Shown here piece by piece: positions 22,459-33,879 of a stretch of 64,000 bases of DNA. Under the pieces are notes generated by a model. That model was not told where the DNA came from. It worked only from the letters and a program-made list of their open reading frames with translations, and did not search any database. Position numbers and translations under genes: made by a program. Each line of letters begins with the position of its first letter. Positions within the stretch are counted from its first letter, which is position 1. Origin of the DNA: Anthoceros angustus (Eukaryota > Plantae > Anthocerotophyta); NCBI GenBank assembly GCA_010909165.1, contig MU008179.1:868001-932000 (forward strand), read 5' to 3'.

Positions 22459-25400
22459 CTCAAGGTCGGGAGTGAGGCACCGGTTGTGTTGTTTGGGATA
22501 AGGCCGCGGCAACATGGATTCTTATACAACGCCTCGTGGGGAGGCATCTTGCGCTTTCCCAGTGAGCTCCATGGAATGTGAAGCCAGGAAACGTTCCTAA
22601 TAACCGACAAAACTCGTTTTCTAATTTGTACATCAAAAGGCGGGAGCCATGGACGGCCGTTGCACGCAAATCCAATGCCATCCGGGGTACGGAGGAAGTG
22701 TACGGTGCTGTGTGAATCATCACGAATATCCACCATCACATGAGGTTGTAAGCAGCGGCCTGAGGTCTGATGTGCTCGAGACAAAAGTGCTCGCATCAGG
22801 CAAGGCCAAAGCCTGGAGCGAAAGGCAGAAGCCAGGTCGAGTAGCACCTGCACCAAATTTGTGTTCTGCAAGGGGACCCTCAGGAAAGGCAATGAGGTTT
22901 CTTCTCCTAAAAAGTTGCTGAGCCGTTAGGTTTAGAGAAAGTAGGTACAGAATTGACTCGGTCTGCTCGAATGCAGACCGAAAAAGCAGCGCGCGGCCGC
23001 CGGCCGACTTCCTTGCCAGTTCATACACATCGGAAGCATTTCATTTGATCCCCTCCCCAGCTCATGAGGCCACGGAATCCGAAAACACTGCTGGCGCCGT
23101 TGGAACTGCACGGCCCCAGAAAGCACGTACGCGGTTGCAGGAGCAACGGGGCGCGGGAGCTCATGAGCGTGAGGGGTTCTGTTCTGAAACTCCAAGGTTC
23201 AATCCAATCAAATTCCTGGGCTCTCCCCGTCTTTCCTCCCTCAAATAAAAGCTTCCTTGGAAGATCCAGTCACGTTCTCGATGAGAATGACCAAGAAGAA
23301 GAGACGAATGTTGAGAACTTGGTTCCATCTTAATCCTGGATCCTGGGTGGACGCTAATACTCAATTACAGTATGAATTATTCTTTCAAACCTCAGTATTG
23401 AATTTATTAATACACAATATGTTGTATGTGGAGTGTTTTCATTACTCCGCCTTTATCGTTTATGCAGCCTCACATGCAGGTTGAAGTTGCACTGTCCTCA
23501 CTTGAAGGCAATGCCCTTCTATAAAATAATCACATGCCGCTTTTCGCAGGGCTCTGCAATACACCACTCATGTCCCATTGCACAAAGTGTGTTGCAAGAA
23601 AACGTTGGTTTCATCCCGTTTCTTGTGCTTGGCATGTGGACGAGATGCTTGCCGGGAACAAAGAATTCTTACTCCATGGCCCTCCATTGTCGGATTGCCC
23701 AGAAACGAGCGTGTGTCAAGTGCCGAGAAGTTTAAATCTGATGTGTGAGATCAGATCGCTGTTCCCGCGATCCGAACCACCGATTTCAGGTTCCCAGAAT
23801 TAATTGGGGTAACCAAGACTGCGTGTCCTTCGGGACAAGTTTCCAGTGGGTATTCGAGATGGCGCGCCATTCTGGAGGCGAAGTTCGCCGGATAAACGAC
23901 AGGATGGGACCGGTTCCAGCAACGGCCTACATCCTCGAGCTGCGCTGGCTCCCGGAGTCCCGCACTGTTGCTTGGAGGACTGGGTGGCTGGAGCCCGCCA
24001 CAGCCCGTCTCGATGCTCGATTCGCGCAATCCGCTTTCCGCTTGGCTAGCGCTGCTTCCCGAATCCCCGAGCCCGCAGGTTCCAGCTTTCCAGCCCAATT
24101 GAGGTTTGCCAGCATCTTCACATCTCCCCGCCGGTGCTCAATGTCTACGAGACGGTCCTGGCCAGTAGGCACCCATCAACCTCCGCCACGAGTCCCCTGC
24201 GCCGTCCGAAGCACGTCACAAACTTGTGACAAGCCCTGTGGTGTCGTTCCAAAAATCTGCTATTCCCAAGAGCTCGCCGAGCACGGGAGGCACCATGGGC
24301 CAGGCCTCGCCATTGGTCTGCATTTTTGTGGCCCTGCGCGGAGAGCTGTTGCTGGGTCAACTTTGTGACGCAGGTGAGCCACAAATTCAAAGCGTACCAA
24401 GGTGCCTGGGGCTCAATGCTACCAAGCTCATGCTCTGCTTTGCCGAAAGCACAAGGTGCCTTGGGTGCTCGATGCTACCAACCCCAGACCCTTCTTTGCC
24501 GAAAGCGCAAGCCTGTGGCCCCAGTGCGCGTTTGCCCAACAGTTTTCGGAACCAGCTCAATTCTTTGCATGTGGCTGGGGCTGGCTGCAGCAGTTCGATT
24601 CGTGTGCGTCGTTGTTTGCACTTTGCAGCGGGTGGACCTTGCACCTCCTCGGCGGAGACGATCCCCGTGGGCAGCATCGGGGAGCCGGCGCCCAGACCCT
24701 GGTGTCCGGCCAGCCAGACAGTCAACCCGGTGCTGGGCGCCCATCTCACGGCTTCTTCCACCCTCCTCTTCAACGCAGCTACTCCTACACCATCCTCAAC
24801 GCCGCGGAGAGGCGTGTACGGTGACAGTCTCGGTGGACACTTTCCCGGCCATCCAGGTGCGGGCCGAGGGCTCCCGGCTCAGCAACCTGCTCGTTTGGAA
24901 CGTGGGGTTCGCGGTTCCCGCTTCCCGCACCTCGGCCGCCTGCGGAGTCAGGCTGCCATGCACATCCACTCCAGCTGGGGCATTTTCTCCTTGCAATTGG
25001 AAACTATGGCTGCAGGAAAGCTCGTAAAGGCTTGCAACAGTGGAGGACTTGTAGCAGGTACCAGACAGAATGTTTGTGAGAGGCCTGCGGAGTGAACCAT
25101 GCCGGGACTTCGTCCACTCGTGCCCTAGCCGTGCCTGACATACTCCTCTCTTACCCTTGGCTTGGCTGCAATCGCCTCCGGCCTCCATCCTATTTTAGTG
25201 CGATTGTTGTACGCCATGCCCTCGACGTCAGACTGCAGTTCCTCCCGGCATTTTGTGCGCCACTTGTGATTGAACTTCTTCCAATTGATCAGTCACCAAG
25301 AGAGCAGCTCCGAAACAGCGGGTAATGGTTTCCTACTCATTGGCTTGTTAGCCGGAGCTCAAGTCATGGAGCACAATTCTGACCCGTACACAACAGGGTA

Positions 25401-25484
25401 GCAGTAAGCACGGCGAAAACGTAACAATGCCAGGACGCCACCGAACGGACTCACCGCAATCCTTCAAGAGGCAAGTCCGCAAGC

Positions 25485-25678
25485 AGTGCTGAAACTGTCA
25501 GGGGTCCTTCGCTTCGTCCTCAAGCCCACGCTGTTATCCATGCTGCTACGTTTGTGCTTTATCACTAACAAAGAGCTGAAAATGGAAGTGCACGACTTTG
25601 CCCGTACACCGGAGCTCAAGGAATTTCACTCTGCCTTACCCTTGAATATCACACGCACTTTCTTGATTAGGAGCCAAC
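25485..25678. repeat. Dispersed ~200-bp repeat, copy 1; second copy at 44525-44741
   Basis: Shared blocks include GGGGTCCTTCGCTTC, TTATCCATGCTGCTA, ATCACTAACAAAGAGCTGAA, ATGGAAGTGCACGACT and TTAGGAGCCAA. Confidence 0.8.
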
Positions 25679-26264
25679 CTTCCAGCAGCCCCCAACATGC
25701 AACCTGTTTTTCAAATGGTGGGGACTCCCCCCAGATAGAGCAGATTTATCTTTACCTGCAATCCGGCGGTTGACCACAGAACTCTCAATGTTTCTGCAAT
25801 ATTTCCTCTCGACTGTGGACGAAAGCACCGCCAAATACCTCTTACCATCTGGCAGTGTATGGTGTTGCCTGACATTTGGCCACAAACTGGAAAACCAAGG
25901 AGAAAGGGGTACCCCCCTTTCTCCTTGGAGAGGAGGAGGCCAACCACATGGACATGTGTGATGGAGAGCAAGAAGCCGGAGGTCACATCCACATGCATGA
26001 GGAAGATTAAAAGAGTAGCATGGGATAGGGACAACAGTAAAGGAGACAGTGCTCACCACGTTGAACTGTGAGCAACATGTTGAATTTAGGATAGACAGTT
26101 TTGTAATGACCCAATGCTTATGTCTGGTACGCGAAATTCCACGACAGTTCGAATCGGGCCGGAGCCCTAACCCCAGGTGGCTAGAAGAGGACAAGGGTGA
26201 CACCAGTCGGTCGCGCGGTGCCCGAAGAGGCGGTGCCACAGTTGCGCGGTCCCGCAGTGGGCCT

Positions 26265-26485
26265 GTGCCGCGGTGGGGAGGTGCACCGGTGGGGAGGTGC
26301 CGCGGTGGGGGGGCGGCAGTGGGGGGCCGCAGTTGGGAGGTGCCACGGTGGGGAGGTGCCGCCGTGGGGAGGTGCCGCGTGGGGAGGTGCCGCGGTGGGG
26401 AGGTTCCGCGGAGGGGAGGTGCCGCGGTGGGGAGGTGCAGCGGTGGGGAGGTGCAGCGGTGGGGAGGTGCAGCGGTGGGGCGACG
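26265..26485. repeat. G-rich minisatellite (~18-bp unit GGGGAGGTGCCGCGGTGG), followed by a 48-bp direct duplication at ~26571-26660
   Basis: Read directly; CAGTCAAACTGTGACCATGGAGCCCATGGC recurs at 26571 and 26619. Confidence 0.85.
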
Positions 26486-26967
26486 CTCCGGTGGGGGCAC
26501 AACCGCGGCACCACAATACCCTTGCCGGTCATGGTCGTCACCACCGGCAGCGGTTACGACCAAGGGTTATCAGTCAAACTGTGACCATGGAGCCCATGGC
26601 AAAGATACCTAGCGTTGTCAGTCAAACTGTGACCATGGAGCCCATGGCGAAGATACCGGACCTACCCCTAAACTAACTAGTATACCTTCAAGTACCCACA
26701 AACTACGTATAGTTTGGAAAGTAACGGTTATCAAATATGAAACGTATCAAATGTGCTGCGTGAAATAGAGCTTTAGGGTTTGAGGTTTTATGTACAGCAT
26801 GTGGCAGCCACATGGCAAACTATGACAAGCTAATAACATTACAGACTTCATTGGGAGATATTTCGTGCGGGATGAAAGGTGCATTGTTTTGCAACTTCCG
26901 GTGCCTGGCTTCATTTGTGAGAGAAATGCCTTCTCTTCTGGAGAAGGCATTTCTCTTGCAAATGAAG

Positions 26968-28535
26968 CTTGTGACCCTATGAGAGCGAGAGCTTGTGAGC
27001 GTGTGAGAGCGAGAGTCTATGAGAGCCTGAGCCTATGAGCTTGTGAGCCTGTGAGAGCAAGAGCTTGTGAGCCTGTGAGAGCGAGAGCTTGTGAGCCTGT
27101 GAGAGCGAGAGCTTGTGAGCCTGTGAGAGCGAGAGCTTGTGAGCCTGTGAGAGCGAGAGCTTGTGAGCCTGTGAGAGCGAGAGCTTGGAGCCTGTGAGAG
27201 CGAGAGCTTGTGAGCCTATGAGCGTGAGAGCCTGTGAGAGCCTGAGAGCCTGAGAGTGTGAGAGCATGAGAGCCCATGAGTGTGAGAGCCTGAGACCGTG
27301 AGAGCCTGTGAGCACGAGAACCTGTGAGCGAGAGAGCCTGTGAACGCGAGAACATGTGAGTGCAAGAGCCTGTGAGCGCGAGAGCCTTTGAGCGCGAGAA
27401 CATGTGAGCGCGAGAGCCTTTGAGCGCGAGAACATGTGAGCGCGAGAGCATGTGAGCAGGACAGCCTGTGAGCACGAGAGCCTGTGAGCGCGAGAGCCTG
27501 TGAGCGCGAGAGCCTGTGAGCGAGAGCCGTGAGCGCGAGAGCCCGTGGAGCGCGAGAGCCTGAGCGAGAGCCCGTGAGCGAGCCTGTGAGCGAGAGCCCG
27601 TGAGCGAGAGCTGTGGAGCGAGGAGCCTGTGGAGCGCGAGAGCCTGGTGAGCGAGGAGCCTGTGAGCGCGAGACTGAGAGCCTATGAGCACCTGATCCTG
27701 TGAGAGCCTATGAGCACCTGATCCTGTGAGAGCCTGTTAACGCGAGAGACTGTGAGAGCCTGTTAGCGCAAGCGACTGTGAGAGCCTGTTAGCATGAGAG
27801 ACTGTGAGAGCCTGTTAGCGTGAGAGATGTGAGAGCCTACTAGCGCGAGAGACTGTGAGAGCCTGTTAGCACGAGAGACTGTGAGAGCCTGTTAGCGTGA
27901 GAGACTGTGAGAGCCTACTAGCGCGAGAGACTGTGAGAGCCTCGTTAACGCGAGAGACCGTGGAGAGCCTGAGCGTGAGAGACGTGAGAGCCTACTAGCG
28001 AGAGACGTGAGAGCCTGTGGAGCGAGAGCCCGTGAGCGAGAGCCTGTGAGCGCGAGAGCCTGTGAGCGCGAGAGCCTGTGAGCGCGAGAGCCTGTGAGCG
28101 CGAGAGCCTGTGAGCGCGAGAGCCTGTGAGCGCGAGAGCCTGTGAGCGCGAGAGCCTGTGAGCGCGAGAGCCTATGAGCGCGAGAGACTGTGAGAGCCTA
28201 TGAGCACCTGATCCTGTGAGAGCCTATGAGCACCTGATCCTGTGAGAGCCTGTTAACGCGAGAGACTGTGAGAGCCTGTGGAGCGAGGGACTGTGAGAGC
28301 CTGTTAGCATGAGAGACTGTGAGAGCCTGTTAGCGTGAGAGATGTGAGAGCCTACTAGCGCGAGAGACTGTGAGAGCCTGTTAGCACGAGAGACTGTGAG
28401 AGCCTGTTAGCGTGAGAGACTGTGAGAGCCTACTAGCGCGAGAGACTGTGAGAGCCTATGAGCACCTGATCCTGTGAGAGCCTGTGAGCACTTGATCTTG
28501 TGAGAGCATGTGAGCGCCTGATTCTGTGAGAGCCA
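26968..28535. repeat. ~1.55-kb simple satellite built from GAGAGCCTGTGAGC(GC) units of 14-18 bp, with higher-order block duplication
   Basis: Read directly; the block at ~27680-27960 recurs at ~28190-28460. Confidence 0.92.
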
Positions 28536-28870
28536 GTGTAGGTCTTTGTGAGTTTGTGTGAGTTTGTGCAAGTTTGTGTGGGCCGTTGTGAGTTTGTGTC
28601 AGGGTGTGTGTTCTTTTTGGGGTTTAGAGTTGCTTGCATTTGGTCGTAGCATTCCATATTTCGCATTTAGGGTTGCATTTATCGTGTGTCCCACTAATTC
28701 ACAACAAGGTGGAGCATACAAAGTTTAGAACAAAATATGTGGTGAAACATTTGTTGTAAGTATGCCCCATTTACAGAAGCTTAAAATTATATATTTGTAT
28801 TATTAATACTATGTATTTCTATACATAGGTATTTTCTGCATATATATATTACCTGAAAGGGCGTTGTAAT

Positions 28871-29620
28871 TTAGATGTTGTAATTTCTTTTGTAATTGGG
28901 ATATTGTAGATGGTTTTGTAAAACAGGTCGTTGTAATGTGCGTTGTACCCGCGCCGAGACGTCTCAAACTTAGATGTTGTATTTTCTTTTAATTGGGATA
29001 TTGTAGATGGGTTTGTAAAACAGGTCGTTGTAATGTGCGTTGTACCCGCGCCGAGACGTCTCAAACTTAGATGTTGTATTTTCTTTTAATTGGGATATTG
29101 TAGATGGGTTTGTAAAACAGGTCATTGTAAAGTGCGCTGTACCCGCACCGAGATGTCTCAAACTTAGATGTTGTAATTTCTTTTGTAATTGGGATATTGT
29201 AGATGGTTTTGTAAAACAAGTCGTTGTAAAAGTGCGTTGTACCCGCACCGAGACGTCTCAGACTTAGATGTTGTAATTTCTTTTGTAATTGGGATATTAT
29301 ATGTGGTTTTGTAAAACATGTCGTTGTAAAGTGCATTGTACCCGCACCGAAACGTCTCAAACTTAGATGTTGTAATTCCTTTTGTAATTGGGATATTGTA
29401 GATGGTTTTGTAAAACAGGTCGTTGTAAACTGCATTGTACCCGCACCGAGACGTCTCAAACTTAGATGTTGTAATTCCTTTTGTAATTGGGATATTGTAG
29501 ATGGTTTTGTAAAATAGGTCGTTGTAAAGTGCGTTGTACCCACACCCCAGACGTCTTAAACTTAGATGTTGTAATTCACTTTGTAACTGGGATGTTGTAA
29601 ATGGTGTTGTACGAGGCGCT
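28871..29620. repeat. ~99-bp tandem repeat, about 8 copies
   Basis: TTAGATGTTGTA unit starts at 28871, 28970, 29067, 29164, 29264, 29363, 29462 and 29562. Confidence 0.92.
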
Positions 29621-29629
29621 GTAATAGGT

Positions 29630-29903
29630 GATGTGGCAAGGGTTGCTGACTAGGCGCCACATGGCAATGGGCACCATGTCATCACATGTTGACGTGCGAT
29701 GAGGGCCATGTCATCAAATCCTGCCACATCCTCACCTGATGACGTGGCAATTAAGGGCCACGTGGTAACAACATGCCATATCATCATTTGGTGATGTGGC
29801 GGTGATGTGCTGTTACATCACCACTTTAATGACATGACGCTGGAACTGGCCTTGGACATTAGCAATTTTAGAACGTCATGAAGCTCTCGGTTTTATTGTA
29901 GTG
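29630..29903. mobile_element. CACTA-like transposon right terminus with motif-rich subterminal region
   Basis: Ends ...GGTTTTATTGTAGTG (reverse complement CACTACAATAAAACC) at 29903. It is preceded by many short TGACGTGGC/GCCACAT-type motifs. The sequence changes abruptly to methyltransferase-coding DNA at 29904. The partner TIR was not found in the window. Confidence 0.5.
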
Positions 29904-30017
29904 ATCCCCGTGCTACGCTTCTCCTTTAGCTGACGCCGTTGATTGCTCTTCAACTCGGCGCTTGTCAATCACTCATGTGGCTGTGGCTCGGATGGTTTGC
30001 ACGCTTCCTCTACGCAC

Positions 30018-31500
30018 TCACCCTCCCTGCCCTCCAAACTTGCCTTTTCCTCTTGAGATGCGAGTGCTGAAATGTCCTTTGCCCATCGAATCCGCTGCTT
30101 CAACCCCACCTTCTTCTAGTTTCGAAGTTGGTAAGCGACTCCAGCGCTGAACAACTAGGTCAATCATGTTCATGTCAAATGCTTGCCCAAGCAATCGACA
30201 CCGTTCCTTCTCGATCACTCCCGGTGACTTCGTGGCTTCGGCAGCAAATCCCATCGCCAACTCCCTCTCTATGGTTGTTGGCTCTCCCAAGGCCTCGCCA
30301 TGTCTGTCCACTACAACGCCATATGGCCATGGTTCCTAAAGGCATAAGACTTGGCCTTGGACACAAAGGTTGGCCAAGCCACCATGGGGTGTCCAAGCAT
30401 GTTCATCGAAGTGCGGCTTGTCGCCTTGATGACTTGCACATGCCTTCCGATGCTAGCACATCTTTGACAACATGATCTCGTCGCTTAAAGAACGACCTCG
30501 CAGACTTGGATATTCCAAGGGAGCAAGGTTAGTCCACATGGGCCTTAACCTAAGAGCCCTTGAACCAAATTGAGCTACATCCAACAGCTCCCGACGCAAC
30601 ACTCCTCGGGACAGCCACTGGACTTGCTTCTTAAGGCTTATGCATGCTAGCACATTCTCCAAAATGTATCCACAAGGCCTTTCTTGCCTTTTCCTCTTGA
30701 GATGCGAAATGTCCTTTGCCCATCGAACTACCGCTCAACCCCACCTTCTTCTAGTTTCGTTGGTAAGCGACCCACAACAACTAGGTCAATCATGTTCATG
30801 TCAAATGCTTGCCCAAGCAATCGACACTGCCTTCTCACTCCCCGGTGACTTCGTGGTTTCTAAGAAATCCCATCGCCAACTCCCTCTCTATGGTTGTTGG
30901 CTCTCCCAAGGCCTCGCCATGTCTGTCCACTACAACGCCATATGGCCATGGTTCCTAAAGGCATAAGACTTGGCCTTGGACACAAAGGTTGGCCAAGCCA
31001 CCATGGGGTGTCCAAGCATGTTCACTGGGAAGTGCGGCAGCTTGTCAGCCTTGATGACTTGCTGGGCATGCCTTCCCGATGCTAGCACATCTTTGACAAC
31101 ATGATCTCGTCGCTTAAAGAACGACCTCGCAGACTTCAGATATTCCAAGGGAGCAAGGTTAGTCCACATGGGCCTTAACCTAAGAGCCCTTGAACCAAAT
31201 TGAGCTACATCCAACAGCAGCTCCTGACGCAACACTCCTCAGATTGTGCCAAATTTCCCTGGACTTGCTTCTTAAGGCTTATGCATGCTAGCACATTCTC
31301 CAAAATGTATCCACAAGGCCTTTCTTGCCCTTTCTGTATCAAGCGCAAGATCCTCATCAGGTCATAGAACAATGTTGTTCGTGGGTCCTTCAAACCTTGA
31401 CCCTTGCCTGCAGAGGAGAGTCCTTGACACTCCCAACCTGCGATGACAAGGTCCATTAGTTGCCCAAGATAGCTCAAATGAGACAATCCTTGATGAGAAT
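30018..31500 (-). pseudogene. DNMT3-like C5 cytosine methyltransferase catalytic domain (motifs IV-X), frameshifted, with an internal ~645-bp tandem duplication
   Basis: Motif IV MDLVIAGWECQGLSSAGKGQGLKDPRTTLFY, motif VI YILENV, motif VIII LLDVAQFGSRALRLRPMWTNL, motifs IX-X EPTTIERELAMGF...ERCRLLGQAFDM. Motifs VI-X occur twice (~30045-30690 and ~30690-31330), joined at a CTTGCC microhomology. Confidence 0.8.
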
Positions 31501-31519
31501 CATACACTAGCTCAAGCAA

Positions 31520-32055
31520 TGTAAGTTGCATTGATTATAATAGAAAGTACATGCTTTTATATAGGCAAGTGGTTATAACCAATAAATGGTTGTAACAACT
31601 AAATACTTAAATAACTACTAAAAAGAAACTACTTAGTGCCTTGAGAAATAAATAATTAATTAAGTCCTAGGTGCCCTAGTGAAGAGTGCCCTAAAGTAAG
31701 CTATTTCATCACTCCCACTCACATGAACTAGGGGTGATTTATCTGACCAAAAAGAGGTCAATCTAACAAAACTAGTCCCTAACTAAGCTTCACTTAAAAG
31801 CATTAAGCAAAAAATTAAACTAATTAATAACCATTAAGAAACTCCCACTTGAAGGGAACTTAGGTGAGTAGCAAATAACCCAACTTAAGCTGATTTAAGA
31901 AAGGTAATGCTAATTAAAAATACATTTAATAAATTAATACTAAAGAAATTATTTTTAAGAAGAAATTCCATAAAATGGAAATGGACCTAATTTACAAAAA
32001 GAAAATTGAAAAGATAATAGGTAAGTTGCCCTTTCTCCTCCACGCAATCCTGACA
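31520..32055. mobile_element. AT-rich, LTR-like insert truncating the 5' part of the methyltransferase
   Basis: Abrupt switch to AT-rich non-coding DNA starting TGTAAG at ~31520. No target-site duplication could be confirmed. Confidence 0.3.
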
Positions 32056-32080
32056 GGTTGTGTTTTGGTGCAAGTCTGAA

Positions 32081-32697
32081 GGTGATGGTGATGGTGATGG
32101 TGATGGTGATGGTGATGGTGATGGTGATGGTGATGGTGATGGTGATGGTGATGGTGATGGTGATGGTGATGGTGATGGTGATGGTGATGGTGATGGTGAT
32201 GGTGAGTGATGGTGATGGTGATGGTGATGGTGATGGTGATGGTGATGGTGATGGTGATGGTGATGGTGATGGTGATGGTGATGGTGATGGTGATGGTGAT
32301 GGTGATGGTGATGGTGATGGTGATGGTGATGGTGATGGTGATGGTGATGGTGATGGTGATGGTGATGGTGATGGTGATGGTGATGGTGATGGTGATGGTG
32401 ATGGTGATGGTGATGGTGATGGTGATGGTGATGGTGATGGTGATGGTGATGGTGATGGTGATGATGGTGATGGTGATGGTGATGGTGATGGTGATGGTGG
32501 TGATGGTGATGGTGATGGTGATGGTGATGGTGATGGTGATGGTGATGTGGTGATGGTGATGGTGATGGTGATGGTGATGGTGATGGTGATGGTGATGGTG
32601 ATGGTGATGGTGATGGTGATGGTGATGGTGATGGTGATGGTGATGGTGATGGTGATGGTGATGGTGATGGTGATGGTGATGGTGATGGTGATGGTGA
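32081..32697. repeat. (GATGGT)n hexanucleotide microsatellite, ~615 bp
   Basis: Read directly; small register shifts near 32205, 32460, 32498 and 32546. Confidence 0.98.
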
Positions 32698-33879
32698 CCC
32701 GCAGCAGAAGGATACCAATCCCGCCCATGGGAGGAGGCGCCCACGTGAGGACGCCATCGCGTCGGAGTCCTACACCACGCGGTCGTCCTCCATCGCGCCG
32801 CTGCGTGTCGCTTAGCTCCTCCAACCGCCTAGGTCGTCTGGCCGTCCTTACAGAGGATAGACGCCCGAGGTCAATTTGCTGGGTGTCCTGGCAAGGAAAA
32901 CAGTGTGGTGCCCCTGCTTGCTATCTCCTACAATTGCGCTCTTGCTGCTTGTGAAGCATCCTTGCCTCAATTTGCCTCGTCCATCTACTAGCCTATCAGA
33001 AAGAAAACCCCTGCATGGCTCATCGATCTCACCTCATCGTCGGAGGAGATGTGTCTTCGAAGGTTGTCATTGCTACGGTGATGTACAGGTTGATGGAGTG
33101 GAATGGTGGATATGTTCATCCAAAGGGGGATGCGCCCTTGTGGATGAGGACGTGCCCCCTCAAGGTGCTCCTGCTCCTATAACCAGAATCTAGCAACCTC
33201 CACCAGAAATGCTTGTAGAGAAAGCTTGCTGCCTGCAACAAGTTTATGAGGAGAAGCTATAACTGTGGACAAGGGAAGGATGTTTGACTCCCCCTTAGGA
33301 ACGATTAATGGGAGTTTTTTTTGTTTTCTTTGAGATTTTGTGTGAGGAATAAGGCGGTATGCGTGGGAAATAAGGCTGGTCTGGCCAAGCCGTGGTAACC
33401 GAGACAGGTGAGGTCCGAGGGAGGGCCCCACTAGCAATGTCGGGGAACGATGGGGCTCCGGAGCGACTCCGAAGCGGCTTCGATGGAGCTTCGGAGTAGG
33501 CCTGAGGGAAGTCCGGAGAAGGGAGAGGCCTTGGGGGGTTCGGCGCCGGGGCGTAATTTGGTAAGGATGACACGTAGACGGTGGTAAGAGGACGACTGAC
33601 ATGCAGCAAGCCAAAACCTTAGAGTTGTCAACAACCATTATAGGCAGGTAGTCACGACCCAAGGATATGCGCCAAGAAAACGGCGAGCGTGAAGCTGCGG
33701 TACAAGATGCAGGAAGGTGGAAGTTACTAGCAATGAAAGGACAGCTTCCCGCACGCTGATTACGCCCAACGCCCCATTGCTGAGAGAAGGGTGTCTTCAA
33801 GCGCGACCTCCGCTTCTCCAACCGTCGCTCTTAGACACCAGCTCTACAGGCGCCTTCTTCCTCAATGAAAGGCAATACT

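Noticed and set aside
26770-26785. Plant telomere-like TTTAGGG motifs (also near 51980)
   Set aside because: They are isolated single copies, not arrays.
25667-29543. Several 100-300-aa repetitive ORFs (PPHRGT-, SQAHKL-, LALTGSQ- and TTTCFTKP-type)
   Set aside because: They are by-products of the tandem arrays and are open in multiple frames and on both strands.
31955-32954. Long poly-His, (SP)n, (IT)n, (VM)n and (GD)n ORFs
   Set aside because: These are stop-free translations of the (GATGGT)n microsatellite; there is no other coding evidence.
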